A stretch of 64,000 bases of DNA, taken from contig JAUJOO010000002.1 in assembly GCA_030447585.1 (NCBI GenBank), positions 199,895 through 263,894 on the forward strand. The letters run 5' to 3'. This DNA comes from Nocardioidaceae bacterium (GTDB lineage: Bacteria; Actinomycetota; Actinomycetes; Propionibacteriales; Nocardioidaceae). Each line of letters opens with the position of its first letter. Positions within the stretch are counted from its first letter, which is position 1. Below, piece by piece: positions 37,486-46,928 of this stretch. Both the position numbers and the translations under genes were made by a program. The notes beneath the pieces are model-generated. The model made no database searches. It was not told the origin of the DNA and saw nothing but the letters and a program-made list of their open reading frames with translations.

Positions 37486-37515
37486 GTACGGTCGCATCTC
37501 TTCCATTCCGCGCCA
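37486..37515 (+). repeat. 30-nt direct repeat, copy 2 (53 nt after the hydrolase stop)
   Basis: Identical 30-mer located 331 nt from copy 1. Confidence 0.95.
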
Positions 37516-38147
37516 GTCGGCTGACCCAGGCGGAGGAAGACCTCGGGACTTGCCGCGATCACCGCGAACATACTCGCCGGCAACGCGCGATAGCCGCGTC
37601 ATACCGCTTATGACCTGTCAAGTCGTAGAGCTGGCGATTCTCAGCCGGTCTCTCAGGCTGACGTCCTGGTCGGAGCCGAGCGGCCACATGCCCTCATGCA
37701 TGTGCGGGCTCAGCGTCCCTGTGGGTGTCGCCGGCGAGCATGCAATAGAGAGCGCAAGCCGGTTTCCAGACAGCTGGACCCGCCGCTTCGAACGAAGATC
37801 GCGGTCGGCACCTATGGCCGCACGCTTGTGGCTGGGAATCAAGGTGGCCGGAGTGAGGTTCTCGGCTGATCTTCATCCGCTCCGTACGAGGGACCCTTGT
37901 GAGAAGCGCCTGCGGACGGGTCATGTGGGACGTCCGGAGATCGGCAGGCCCGCTGATCTGCACCGTTTCCGCATTGGGTTGGTCTACGGGACGGGGATGG
38001 CTTGGAGCTGTCTGCCTGGTGTCGACGCTCGTCTTCGGGAGAGATGACCGGCCCTGCACGCCGCCACGGGGTCGGATCGTCTGGTTAACGTGCTGGAGCA
38101 CGACCGCGGCGTAGTGGGTGGGTTTCGGCAATCGATTTGGTCGCCGC

Positions 38148-39470
38148 TCATGGCGCCTCCGACTGAGTCTGGCTGCTGTCGTCGCCTAGCGTTTCGTCGC
38201 GCGCGACATCGGCGGCAGTCTCGGCGCGGCTCATCGAATGCTCGTTCACGATTCGGACTCCGAGGAGCGGCAGTAGCGCCAAGGCGGCCAGCACAGCGAA
38301 CATGACCTGCATCCCGAGTACCTCTGCTAAGGCTCCACCGAGCAGCGCCCCCAGCGGCAGGGTGCCCCACGCGATAAGTCGGTAGAAGCTGTTGACTCGC
38401 CCGAGCACGGTGTCTGGGGTGACGCGCTGGCGGAACGTCAGGGTCACCACGTTCCACGAGGCGACAGCGAAGCCTCCGACGAAGAAGGAGATGAGAATCC
38501 ACCAGTAGTTCGAGGTCACGGCGGGGAGTCCGACGAACAGCCCCATCGAGGCGAGTGTGGTGGCCAGGAGGCGACCGCGCCCGATCATGCCTGCCAGGCC
38601 GGTTGTGGTCATCGATCCGACCAGGCTGCCTGCACCTGCCGAGGTCAGCAGCGCCCCGTAGCCGGTGTCGCTCAACGCCATCGCTGACCCGGAGCCGACC
38701 GCGAACACGACGAAGGTGCCGAGGAACGCACTGGTCGCGATGTTGCAGACCGAGACCATGAGCGCCATCGCCCGCAGGACATGGTTGTCCCAAACGAACC
38801 GGATACCCCCTAGGAGGTCTGGTCGCGATTCCTCGAACTCGGATCGATCGGGACGGAACCGGCCAGGCAGCAGGACCAATGCGACCAGGGCGACCCCCCA
38901 CAGTCCAGCTGAACCGGTGACACCGAGAACGATGCCTGTCGCGACCAGGAACCCACCCAACGGAGGGCCGACGAAGAGGTTGGTCGAGATCTCCGCCGCA
39001 GACAAACGTCCGTTGGCTCGCCCGAGGGCCTTGACTGGGACCACGCTCGGCAGCAACGACTGCGCGGCCGTGTCGTACACGGTCTCCACGATCCCGAGCA
39101 CGAACGCCACTAGGTACAGCACCCAGATCGACTCGACCCGGGTCGAGATCGCCACCGCGAGTGCCAGCAGTGCGCCCACACGTACCAGGTTCGCGAGCAT
39201 CATCGCCAACCGGCGGTCGACGGAGTCGACCAACACACCCGCCGGGATGGCGAACAACAGCCACGGAAGCGACAGCGAGACCAGGATCCCACTGACCAGC
39301 ACCGGCGAGTCAGTCCAACGGACGGCGATCAAGGGCAGGACGACTTTGACCACGCCGTCGGCCAGATTCGAGGATGCGGAGGACACCAACAGCGTCCAGA
39401 AGCGATACCCCAAAGACTCCTGGGAGGGCGCGGTCTGCCCAGGCGGTCGTGAACGTTTCAGCATGGGCAC
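38148..39470 (-). CDS. MFS transporter
   Basis: 440 aa with about 12 hydrophobic segments. MFS loop motif: GVLVDSVDRRLAMM. Confidence 0.8.
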   Translation of the reverse strand: MPMLKRSRPPGQTAPSQESLGYRFWTLLVSSASSNLADGVVKVVLPLIAVRWTDSPVLVSGILVSLSLPWLLFAIPAGVLVDSVDRRLAMMLANLVRVGALLALAVAISTRVESIWVLYLVAFVLGIVETVYDTAAQSLLPSVVPVKALGRANGRLSAAEISTNLFVGPPLGGFLVATGIVLGVTGSAGLWGVALVALVLLPGRFRPDRSEFEESRPDLLGGIRFVWDNHVLRAMALMVSVCNIATSAFLGTFVVFAVGSGSAMALSDTGYGALLTSAGAGSLVGSMTTTGLAGMIGRGRLLATTLASMGLFVGLPAVTSNYWWILISFFVGGFAVASWNVVTLTFRQRVTPDTVLGRVNSFYRLIAWGTLPLGALLGGALAEVLGMQVMFAVLAALALLPLLGVRIVNEHSMSRAETAADVARDETLGDDSSQTQSEAP

Positions 39471-39479
39471 GTGCCAGAC

Positions 39480-39880
39480 GCTACGAGATCACCGACAGGC
39501 CGCGACCCGTAGTCCACGTCGTTGAAGAAGCGTGGGAACCCTCTCATCATCTGCTTCAGCTGGTCCGGTTCCATCATCTCCCTCAAGGCCCGCAGGGACG
39601 CGACCCATACTCCATCTAGCACCGCCAGGGGCTCACCATCATGCGGCGCGAACGCCCCTCGGTCGTGAGACTCGATCCTGGGCCCCGCAACTTGTCGACC
39701 GGGGTAGCCCCACGCGTCCATCGAACCGCGCAACGTTGCGGGGAACCCCATCGATGTCGTCGTACCCACGATGCTCACCAGGCCCCTGGGCAAAGTCTCG
39801 GTCGACCTCAGACGCGATTGACGAGTAGCCAAGTCCAGCCACACGACCCCTCGAACCCGGGGATGCTCCCTCATTCGCGA
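39480..39880 (-). pseudogene. fragment resembling the C-terminal part of a family-2-like glycosyltransferase
   Basis: ..GEPLAVLDGVWVASLRALREMMEPDQLKQMMRGFPRFFNDVDYGSR.. (compare ..DG..l..rr.....FDe...gFh.YD.D). There is no N-terminal catalytic region. Weak call. Confidence 0.25.
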
Positions 39881-39884
39881 GTCC

Positions 39885-40166
39885 GCGCAGGCAGCACCAG
39901 CACCCGCTGGCGGGAGTAGCGATCGGAGAGCACTCTCCCGACCAGCAGCAGGAGTACGTGAGGGATGCCGCGGGCAGCCAGCACCAGCCCGAGCTCTGCG
40001 CCTCCACCGCCGAGCTGCAAGACGGCGAAGGCGATCGCCACGGGTCGCCAGCGTGTTTCCGAACAGGCTGATGGTGCGGCCGGCCGCGAAGACCAGAAAG
40101 CCCGGGCTTGCGCAGCGGCGCCCACGGCCCCGCACCCCGCTCAGACAACGTCGCGTCGTCGGTCAT
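39885..40166 (-). pseudogene. MFS-transporter N-terminal fragment, frameshifted
   Basis: Pieces in different frames: MTDDATLSERGAGPWAPLRKPG.., FLVFAAGRTISLFGNTLAT.., VAIAFAVLQLGGGGAELGLVLAARGIPHVLLLLVGRVLSDRYSRQRVLVL. Confidence 0.4.
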
Positions 40167-40213
40167 GTGGCTTCCTTTCGTGAACCCGGGCCGCCCGCAC
40201 TCGTGACTATGGG

Positions 40214-40230
40214 CTGTACGTTATGTACAG
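40214..40230 (+). promoter_or_regulatory. palindromic operator candidate upstream of the antitoxin gene
   Basis: ctgtac-gttat-gtacag, a perfect 6-5-6 palindrome in an AT-richer patch (..atgtatcattttgactatg..) just before the ATG at 40247. Confidence 0.45.
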
Positions 40231-40246
40231 ATGTATCATTTTGACT

Positions 40247-40507
40247 ATGACGATGGAAGTGCCGGTCACAGAGGCCCGTGCCGCCTTCTCCGAGTTGATC
40301 AACCGTGTCGGCTACGGGGGAGAGCACGTCATCCTCACCCGCCACGGCAAGCCGCTGGTGGCGCTCGTGCCCGCCGCCGAGGTCCAGGAGACGGCGACCG
40401 AGACCGAGGGGATCACCGTGCTGGACCTCGCCTCCACGACACGCGAACACCAAACACCGCCTGGCATCGCCGCGCGCTACTCCACCGATCCCCAGGCGCA
40501 CGACTAG
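40247..40507 (+). CDS. type II antitoxin, Phd/YefM family
   Basis: MTMEVPVTEARAAFSELINRVGYGGEHVILTRHGKPLVALVPAAE is the canonical Phd/YefM N-terminal fold signature. The C-terminal 40 aa are low-complexity. Confidence 0.8.
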   Translation: MTMEVPVTEARAAFSELINRVGYGGEHVILTRHGKPLVALVPAAEVQETATETEGITVLDLASTTREHQTPPGIAARYSTDPQAHD

Positions 40508-40655
40508 CCAGCACAACACCGGTCTGCGGTCCGAGCAGCCGTAACTGGCGCCGTACTGTTACCCGCAAGCGTTCGGCTAACGGCGACTGCAGAGGACGGC
40601 GAGCGAGTTGCATCATCGCAAGAGCGATGTCGCTGGTGCTGGTTACCATCGCGTT

Positions 40656-41351
40656 ATGAGTAGATGCACAGCACCGGTACAGGGCCATCGCACAGCGAGC
40701 GGTCGCGCCGCCTGCCCTGCATGCGGGGACGGCGGCTATGGTGCATACTCGCCTCGGTCCTACTACCCGCCGGTCTACCAGCCGCGGAGCAGTGTGGGCG
40801 GCACGAGCAGTGGGGGCGGGTCGGGCAGCAGCGCGCGGCCGAGCTGGTCGTCGAGCAGCTCCTCCGTGACCTACACGCCTGCCGAAGTGCGGACGCTGAC
40901 TCCTATTCGCCGCGAGGTCGAGGCGCGAGCGCATGCCTACCCTGACCTTCGCGACGTCTTCCTCTGCCACGCTTGGGATGACCGGCGCGGTGCTGCCAAG
41001 GAGTTGCACGACCTGCTCGAGTCCAACGACGTGTCGGTCTGGTTCAGCGAGAAGGACGTCATGCTCGGCGTGCCGCTGCTCCGCGCAATCGACAAGGGCC
41101 TGGCGAAGTCGCGTGCGGGGATCGTGCTCGTCACCCCTGCGCTGCTGACCCGCCTCGCGTCGGAGGGGATCGCTGACAAGGAACTCTCGGAGCTCTTGGC
41201 GCGCGACCAGCTCATCCCCGTCGTGCACGAAACGACGTACGAGGCTCTCCGGGAGGTCAGCCCCTTACTCGGCTCGCGAAGCGGCTTGAGCACTGCAGAA
41301 GATTCGATGGCAGACATCGCCGCCAAGATCGGCGAGCTGGTCGACGTGTAG
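40656..41351 (+). CDS. TIR-domain protein with Cys-pair / Ser-Gly-Tyr-Pro-rich N-terminal region
   Basis: C-terminal ~140 aa: DVFLCHAWDDRRGAAKELHDLLESNDVSVWFSEKDVMLGVPLLRAIDKGLAKSRAGIVLVTPALLTRLASEGIADKELSELL, a TIR beta-alpha pattern with a candidate catalytic Glu in ..KELSEL. N-terminus: ..AACPACGDGGYGAYSPRSYYPPVY..SSGGGSGSS..SSSSSS. The start is ATG 40656 or TTG 40608. Confidence 0.75.
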   Translation: MSRCTAPVQGHRTASGRAACPACGDGGYGAYSPRSYYPPVYQPRSSVGGTSSGGGSGSSARPSWSSSSSSVTYTPAEVRTLTPIRREVEARAHAYPDLRDVFLCHAWDDRRGAAKELHDLLESNDVSVWFSEKDVMLGVPLLRAIDKGLAKSRAGIVLVTPALLTRLASEGIADKELSELLARDQLIPVVHETTYEALREVSPLLGSRSGLSTAEDSMADIAAKIGELVDV

Positions 41352-41592
41352 GACCTCGTGTGGGGTGGCCGAACCGTTCTCGCTGGGCGGTCCCGTTCTG
41401 GTCACGCTCCGCGTGACGATCCTCGCCTCGAGGAGGAGTGGGAGCACCACCGTCCCGGCATGGTCTATGACCCGTCTGTCACCGAGCGGTGAGCCCAGTT
41501 CGTAGGAGAGTTTGGCATATAGTGCTACCTCGGGATCCTCCCCCGAGTCGTTCTGTGCCGATGATTGGACGTTGTCTGCGTAGGCTGACGGG

Positions 41593-42792
41593 ATGAGCGG
41601 CGAGAACAGGAACTTCGCTGGAGCCGACGCCGCGCGGCCCCGGCCAGTACGTTGCTGGCCGCTGGTACTCACCGTTGCGGTTCTAGGCCTCGCCTCTGGG
41701 TGCACCTCCCAGCAGCAGACACCATCGACGGTCACGCACCCTGAGCCGTCGGCCACAACTTCCACCCGGTCCGACCCTTGGCCCGCGCGGGACACGCCCC
41801 CTCCGACGGCTCCTCCCGCCGAGGAACTCCCGCAGAACTGGAAACAACCCGCCTTTGACGATTACGGGTTTCCTCAAACCGCGCTGCTTGACAGTGGGGG
41901 CTTGACGCGGCTCCTCGACGATCCGATTGCTGCCAGGCTGGTCTTCCACCCGATGGAGCGCTTCACCGACCAGCCCGGGTGGGGTTCTGAGCAGTTGTTG
42001 TTCTTGGGCGTGGATGACCGGTGGCGGGCGCTTGACATGTCGGACCTCGGCCTTGCCGAGGCGTGGTGGCCTGGGCCAGACACCTACGGTTCTGGTGCGC
42101 TCTCTGCCGACGGGCAAACCTGGGCAGCGCACACCAACGCCGGGGTCGTCTTTGTCGACCTCGCAACGGGCAACGTCCGTCACGTCGAGTTTCCACGCAG
42201 TCACCCAATGGTGCGAGACGTGGTTTGGGTGCCAGGAAGGGACGTGGTTTCGGCATATTCCAGGGCACCGACCGGACGGGTGTACCGAACCTTCCATGTC
42301 GCACCCGAGGGGAGGATCTCACCGGTTTTCTACGACGGAAGCCGCACACGATTTGACGTTGACGGCACCCCAGTCGAGATACGGCGCTCCGGAGGCGGAG
42401 AGTTGACTATCACTCGATGGAAAGACAACAACCCGCAACCGACAACTTGGCATACTGCCGTCGACTGGCGGCCCAAGGGAACGTCTTGGGGCGTCTTCGG
42501 ACAGACAGGGGTAGCGCTGTACAGACCAGGCGGCACGAAGTCGCCCTCGGAGCAGAACATGGTGTGGGTCTTCGACAAGGGCACCGGCGAACCACAGGCC
42601 AGGCTGCGTGTTCCGGCAGCAACCGAGATCGAGGGTTGGGCCGATGAGCGAACTCTGCTCCTGTTCATCGACAGCCGACACCTCATCGCGTGGAAACCGG
42701 GCACGGAACGGGTGCAGAGGCTCATCGAGCTGCCGAGCCCTTACCCCGAACAGGGTGAATGGGCTGCCGCCACCGTCTCAACTCCCGGCTAG
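41593..42792 (+). CDS. lipoprotein with beta-propeller-like domain, paralogue of 3284..4609
   Basis: Lipobox: LTVAVLGLASGCTS. After a Pro/Thr linker comes ..LLFLGVDDRWRALDMSDLGL..ALSADGQTWAAHTNAGVVFVDLATGNVRHVEFP.., which parallels ..IFVLGDDMRWRRVEVPGLEP..LTRDGTMLALPQPGEIVVVDLLTGQVERYEVPG. Confidence 0.65.
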   Translation: MSGENRNFAGADAARPRPVRCWPLVLTVAVLGLASGCTSQQQTPSTVTHPEPSATTSTRSDPWPARDTPPPTAPPAEELPQNWKQPAFDDYGFPQTALLDSGGLTRLLDDPIAARLVFHPMERFTDQPGWGSEQLLFLGVDDRWRALDMSDLGLAEAWWPGPDTYGSGALSADGQTWAAHTNAGVVFVDLATGNVRHVEFPRSHPMVRDVVWVPGRDVVSAYSRAPTGRVYRTFHVAPEGRISPVFYDGSRTRFDVDGTPVEIRRSGGGELTITRWKDNNPQPTTWHTAVDWRPKGTSWGVFGQTGVALYRPGGTKSPSEQNMVWVFDKGTGEPQARLRVPAATEIEGWADERTLLLFIDSRHLIAWKPGTERVQRLIELPSPYPEQGEWAAATVSTPG

Positions 42793-43667
42793 GTCCGGAC
42801 CTGCCGCAGTGCGGGCGGCATCGGGACGGGGCAGGACGATCCGCCCAGCGGTTCGAACGCACTCTCATGGCTCCCTTCTGTGTCAAGACGCGGTCGAGAG
42901 GGCGGATTTAGGCTTTGGTCTGGCGGGTCCGAGGAGTGGCTTGTCCGAAGAGCCGGTGTGGGGATGTGAGCCGGTCGCGCTGGAGTCAGAGTCGTTTCCT
43001 CGTTGCCCCCCGGACCCGTCCCCGCGTTAATCGCGTGCGCGGCGAGTTCGGCGAGCATTGTGCGGTAGACGGTGTCGGAGAGTCGGCGTTTGAGGCAGCG
43101 CATCGCTTCCATCGAGCTCTTGCCGCTGGCTTTCTTTCGGTCGAAGTAGGACCGGCCGTCGGTGGGGTTGCGGAGCTGGACGGTGGCCATCGTGTGAAGG
43201 ACCCGGTTGATCTGCCGGTTCCCGCCGCGGGATAGCCGATGCCGGACGTGGTCACCGGAGGATGCGTCGATGGGTGCGATGCCGGTCCACGAGGCGAAGT
43301 GGTTGCGGTCGGGGAAACGAATGATGTCTCCGGCCTCGACCAGCAGCTGTGCCGCACCGGACGGCCCGACGCCGTGCAGGTCGAGGAGACCGGTGCCTGT
43401 GGCCTTCACTAGCTCGGTGAGCTCTTTGTCCGCGGCCTCCTTGCGGGCGTAGATCTGCTCGAGGTCACCCACGAGCTCGGCGGCGAGCCGACGGCGGGTC
43501 TTGCCCACCGCGTCACGCGGTCGCACCCGCGCCAGCAGCCGCTTGGCCTGGGCGGCGGAGAGGGCCTTCTTCGCCCCGCCTGGGATCAGCTCGAGCAGCT
43601 GCGCAGGAGGCGCTCGAAAGTGGGCTGCGCATCCGCGTGGGGTCGCTTCAGCCACCCACTGCGGCAA
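42789..43667 (-). mobile_element. IS110-family transposase, 5'-truncated remnant
   Basis: Transposase_20-type C-terminal domain: LLDLHGVGPSGAAQLLVEAGDIIRFPDRNHFASWTGIAPIDASSGDHVRHRLSRGGNRQINRVLHTMA. The N-terminal DEDD catalytic domain (over 100 aa) is absent. Confidence 0.8.
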
Positions 43668-44106
43668 ATCGCGCCACGGGCGATAGGTCCATGAACGGAA
43701 TCGCCCGCGGATCGGGCGGGGTTGTCTGAAGAAGCTCTACGAGTTCGTCGGCCGAGGCACCCCACACAGCCCGCCGAACAGCGCTGAGCTGGTAGGAATC
43801 GCCTAGCCCTGGAATCTCTTCCCCGTCGCCAATCGTGCCGCCGTCGTAGGGTAGAACAGTTTCCGTGGACAGTGGACTCCACTCGCTCGGATACTTCCCG
43901 TGTGCAGGCAGAAGGACGATCTGCACCAGGAACGTGTGCCCCTGCGTCTGGCGTGGATAGCCCGCGATGTTGAACTCTCCCTGGCGGTCTTGGCCGTCAT
44001 AGGTCCAGCCAGGGGCTTGCCAGTGAAGACGAGATGGCACCTCAGGGGCACCCAGCCGCGACCACAGCACGTCATCCACGACAAGACTCACCTCGCGGCC
44101 TGTCAC
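43648..44106 (-). CDS. hypothetical protein
   Basis: 152 aa of balanced composition (..HWQAPGWTYDGQDRQGEFNIAGYPRQTQGHTFLVQIVLLP..). The GTG at 44106 overlaps the upstream stop (GTGA). It could instead be one gene with 44103..44353. Confidence 0.45.
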   Translation of the reverse strand: MTGREVSLVVDDVLWSRLGAPEVPSRLHWQAPGWTYDGQDRQGEFNIAGYPRQTQGHTFLVQIVLLPAHGKYPSEWSPLSTETVLPYDGGTIGDGEEIPGLGDSYQLSAVRRAVWGASADELVELLQTTPPDPRAIPFMDLSPVARFAAVGG

Positions 44107-44353
44107 ACCCTCCCCGACCCGACTTCTTCTTCCGTCAGCTCGGTTTCCTGTTCGTCGACGGAACGAACCACAACGAGATGGTCACCGTAGGTGACCCAGT
44201 CCTGGGCAGTGTCGGCCGGCAGCAGGTTCCCACCGGAGCTGCTAGATCGCCTGCATCCTGTTTCCACGGGTACCACAGGGCAATAGCCGCAAGGGCGCCC
44301 ACTAGCAGCAACACGACAGGCAACCCAGGCGGAAGATGGCGACGACCGGTCAT
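44103..44353 (-). pseudogene. small membrane-anchored hypothetical protein with one frame change
   Basis: The N-terminus with TM helix (MTGRRHLPPGLPVVLLLVGALAAIALWYPWKQDAGDLAAPVG) is in one frame. The continuation (NLLPADTAQDWVTYGDHLVVVRSVDEQETELTEEEVGSG) is in another. The switch is near 44225. Confidence 0.35.
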
Positions 44354-45536
44354 CGTGCGCCTCCTCCGTCAATATGCAGCATCTGGTCCTTCTTGTCATT
44401 CACAGTATGCGCGCACACACCGAGATGGTCATCCGCGTTCGCTGCAAGGCAGCCACCAGTCCACGCACGCACCGAGATGTCATCACCGCGAGCGCATGAG
44501 GCAGCCCCACCACCGAGCCGCCTAGGTTCACTTGCTGGTGCGACCCCCGGCGGCCCGATTCCGACCGTGGCGACCTTGGTGGCGATTCGCCCCGCGGACT
44601 CGTCGGCTCCAGCGGGGACCGTGGCGACCGACGTCAACGCGGGCGGTCGACGGTCACGCCATCGCCCATAGACGACCGCCGTCGAGGTGTCTGGTGACTC
44701 CGCGGCGGATGCGGTCGTCCCGTCGGCTCCCATGTCGCGGGACACACCGCCGTCAGTGGTGTCGAGACACGAGCATGCTCCGTTCTCGACCTGCGACCTG
44801 GCGACTTCCTCCGTCCTGTCCGTCGCGGCCCAGCGACGTCGGTGACGCGGGCGACGTCGGTGACGGACACGCCGTGGACGAGGGTCTCGCCATAGACGAC
44901 CGCCGGACCGGGTCACCGAGAGCGTCGGATGTCTGCCAGTGGACTCCGCGGCGCGGATCGTTCTCCTCGGACCCGTATCCCGACAGTGCGCTACCGCCGA
45001 CACCGAGGCATGGGAGTCCTAGCGCAGACAACACCGGCCTGGCGACTGTCTCTGGAACCGGTCATGTCGCGGATGATCAGGCCGGTCATGCCAGTCCGTG
45101 GTGTCACCATCCTTCGACGCCGGGAAGCCGGTTCGACGATGAGTCCATCAAGCGGGACCTTGCAGTTGCGAGTGGAACGTCTCGCGACCTGGCGATCATC
45201 TCTCGCCTTGAACTGTAGGCGTTTGCGGGGTCGGTCGGGGCGGACCAGCCGTCCTGTCCGTCGCGGGTCTGTGGTCGCCCGCTGCCAGGGCGGTCGGTGA
45301 CGTTCCGGCGTAGCCGATCCTGTTGCGGTGGTCGCGGACACGTCCGGCGCAGCTGATCGGGCAGGGTGTTGATCTTCGCGGCCAGTGCGGGTGGGTGCTG
45401 AGCACCCGCTAGATGCCGGACTCACCAGGGTCATCGCCGAGAGCGTCGAATTCATCCTGAGGGGTCGGAACGAGAGCGCGGCCGCTTGTCGTGAGGTAGA
45501 CATGCCTGGGGAGTACCCCCGTGCGCGGACGAGCAG

Positions 45537-46830
45537 ATGCCCAACGACGACGACTGGTCGCGGTCGCCTACCGCCGCCGGCGAGCTCGAGGCATGGTCAG
45601 GCGGGCCGAGCACCTGTTGGTCACCTAGCGCAGACGTTGGTACACCAACCCTGGCGAGTTACCCGTCTCTGGAACCTCTCCGTGGGGTCGTCACGAAGCG
45701 AGCAGTGATCAGGCCGGTCATGCTCGGCAGAGCCGCCGGGTTACGTCACCATCCCGCTGACGCCGATGGGTGTCCGCCACCGCGGCATCGATCGACGATG
45801 AGTCCATCAAGCGACCTTGCAGTTCATCGAGTGGAACGCCCTATGGGACGCCCATGGGAGGCCGCGCAGTTTCGCCGCAGGTTCTTCGACCAGGAGGAAG
45901 ACCTCACACCGGACTTGGCCGAGATCGCGGACCGAGGCGACATCAACATCATGTTTGTGCCGCGCACGCCGTCTCGATACTACGAGTACGCGCCGCTGTA
46001 CCATCTGCTGCCACGGGACACATGCGAGCGCTTCGGCCTTCCGCTTCTGGGGGAGGGCAATGGCCGTTCGGGATCGAGCGTGCGGACGTGTCGAAGTACT
46101 TGCCGATCGATTTCGTGGATCGGCTGGCTCGGGCTTGGGCCTCGACGGTGTGGAGGCACCTGGACTCCGGGTCTGGAATTGCAGCCTTCCGAAACACCGA
46201 GCCCATCCGGCTTCTGGCCCACAACCTCGACTACTGGATCCCGCCGGTTACTGCTGTCCTCCAGGAGACACTGCGCGGCTTTCCGGTTGTCGTCGGCGAG
46301 GTGAGCTGCCAGAGGAGGTCCGCCTCGAGGACGGCTCCGTGCTTGAGGGTGTGGTACCTGGCTGGCCCCGTACTGGCGGGGACCTGTGGCGCGGAGCCGA
46401 GGAGGCGGCCCAGTTTATCGGCCTGACCGTCGAACGGGCCGACGGCACCGGGAACCTGCGGGCGATCCTGGACGCCGTACGGTCGCACCGTGTCCAGGAC
46501 GACTTCTCCGACCGTTGGAGCAACGCCCGCATCGACTTCGAGCGGAAGCTATACCGCACGCGCAACAGGGTCAGCGTGAAGTTCGTGGAACTGACGGACA
46601 CCATCCCAGTGCAAGGCCCTGAGAGCGAGGTCGTGGGCAAGCTCGTCTGCTCGGACTTCATGGCGCTGCTCAACGAAAGGGAACGCGAGATCGTTGTGCT
46701 GCTGTCTAGCGGCTACACAAAGCTGCAGGACATCGCCGAAGTGATGGGATACGCCAACCACAGCCCCGTCTCGAAGAAGCTCGCCCGCATCCGGCAGCAG
46801 GCCGCCAGGTTCTTCGACGAGCGGGGGTAG
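45537..46830 (+). pseudogene. hypothetical protein with C-terminal sigma-70 region-4 / LuxR-like HTH, at least two frame changes
   Basis: Pieces: 45537.. (..FDQEEDLTPDLAEIADRGDINIMFVPRTPSRYYEYAPLYHLLPRDTCERFGLPLLGEGNG), 45770-frame (..DVSKYLPIDFVDRLARAWASTVWRHLDSGSGIAAFRNTEPIRLLAHNLDYWIPPVTAVLQETLRGFP), and 45817-frame (..LNEREREIVVLLSSGYTKLQDIAEVMGYANHSPVSKKLARIRQQAARFF). Confidence 0.45.
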
Positions 46831-46928
46831 TCGGCAGCCATCGTTGCGGGGACTGGCGGTGGGGTCAGGGGGAGCGGCTCTCGCTGACGGATCCCCAAGC
46901 ACGCTCGACGGCTCCTATCAAAAGCCTA

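Noticed and set aside
36246-39264. Reverse-strand ORFs 36246..37583 (445 aa) and 37984..39264 (426 aa)
   Set aside because: The first is antisense to SDR and alpha/beta-hydrolase remnants. The second is an out-of-frame overlap of the MFS transporter gene 38148..39470. Both are Arg/Pro-rich nonsense.
40247-44353. Complete Thoeris (ThsA+ThsB) or CBASS-type system around the TIR gene
   Set aside because: No SIR2, Macro/SLOG, cyclase or other known effector domain was recognised in the neighbouring ORFs. Those ORFs are a lipoprotein, an IS110 remnant and two small hypotheticals. Only the Phd-TIR pairing is supportable.
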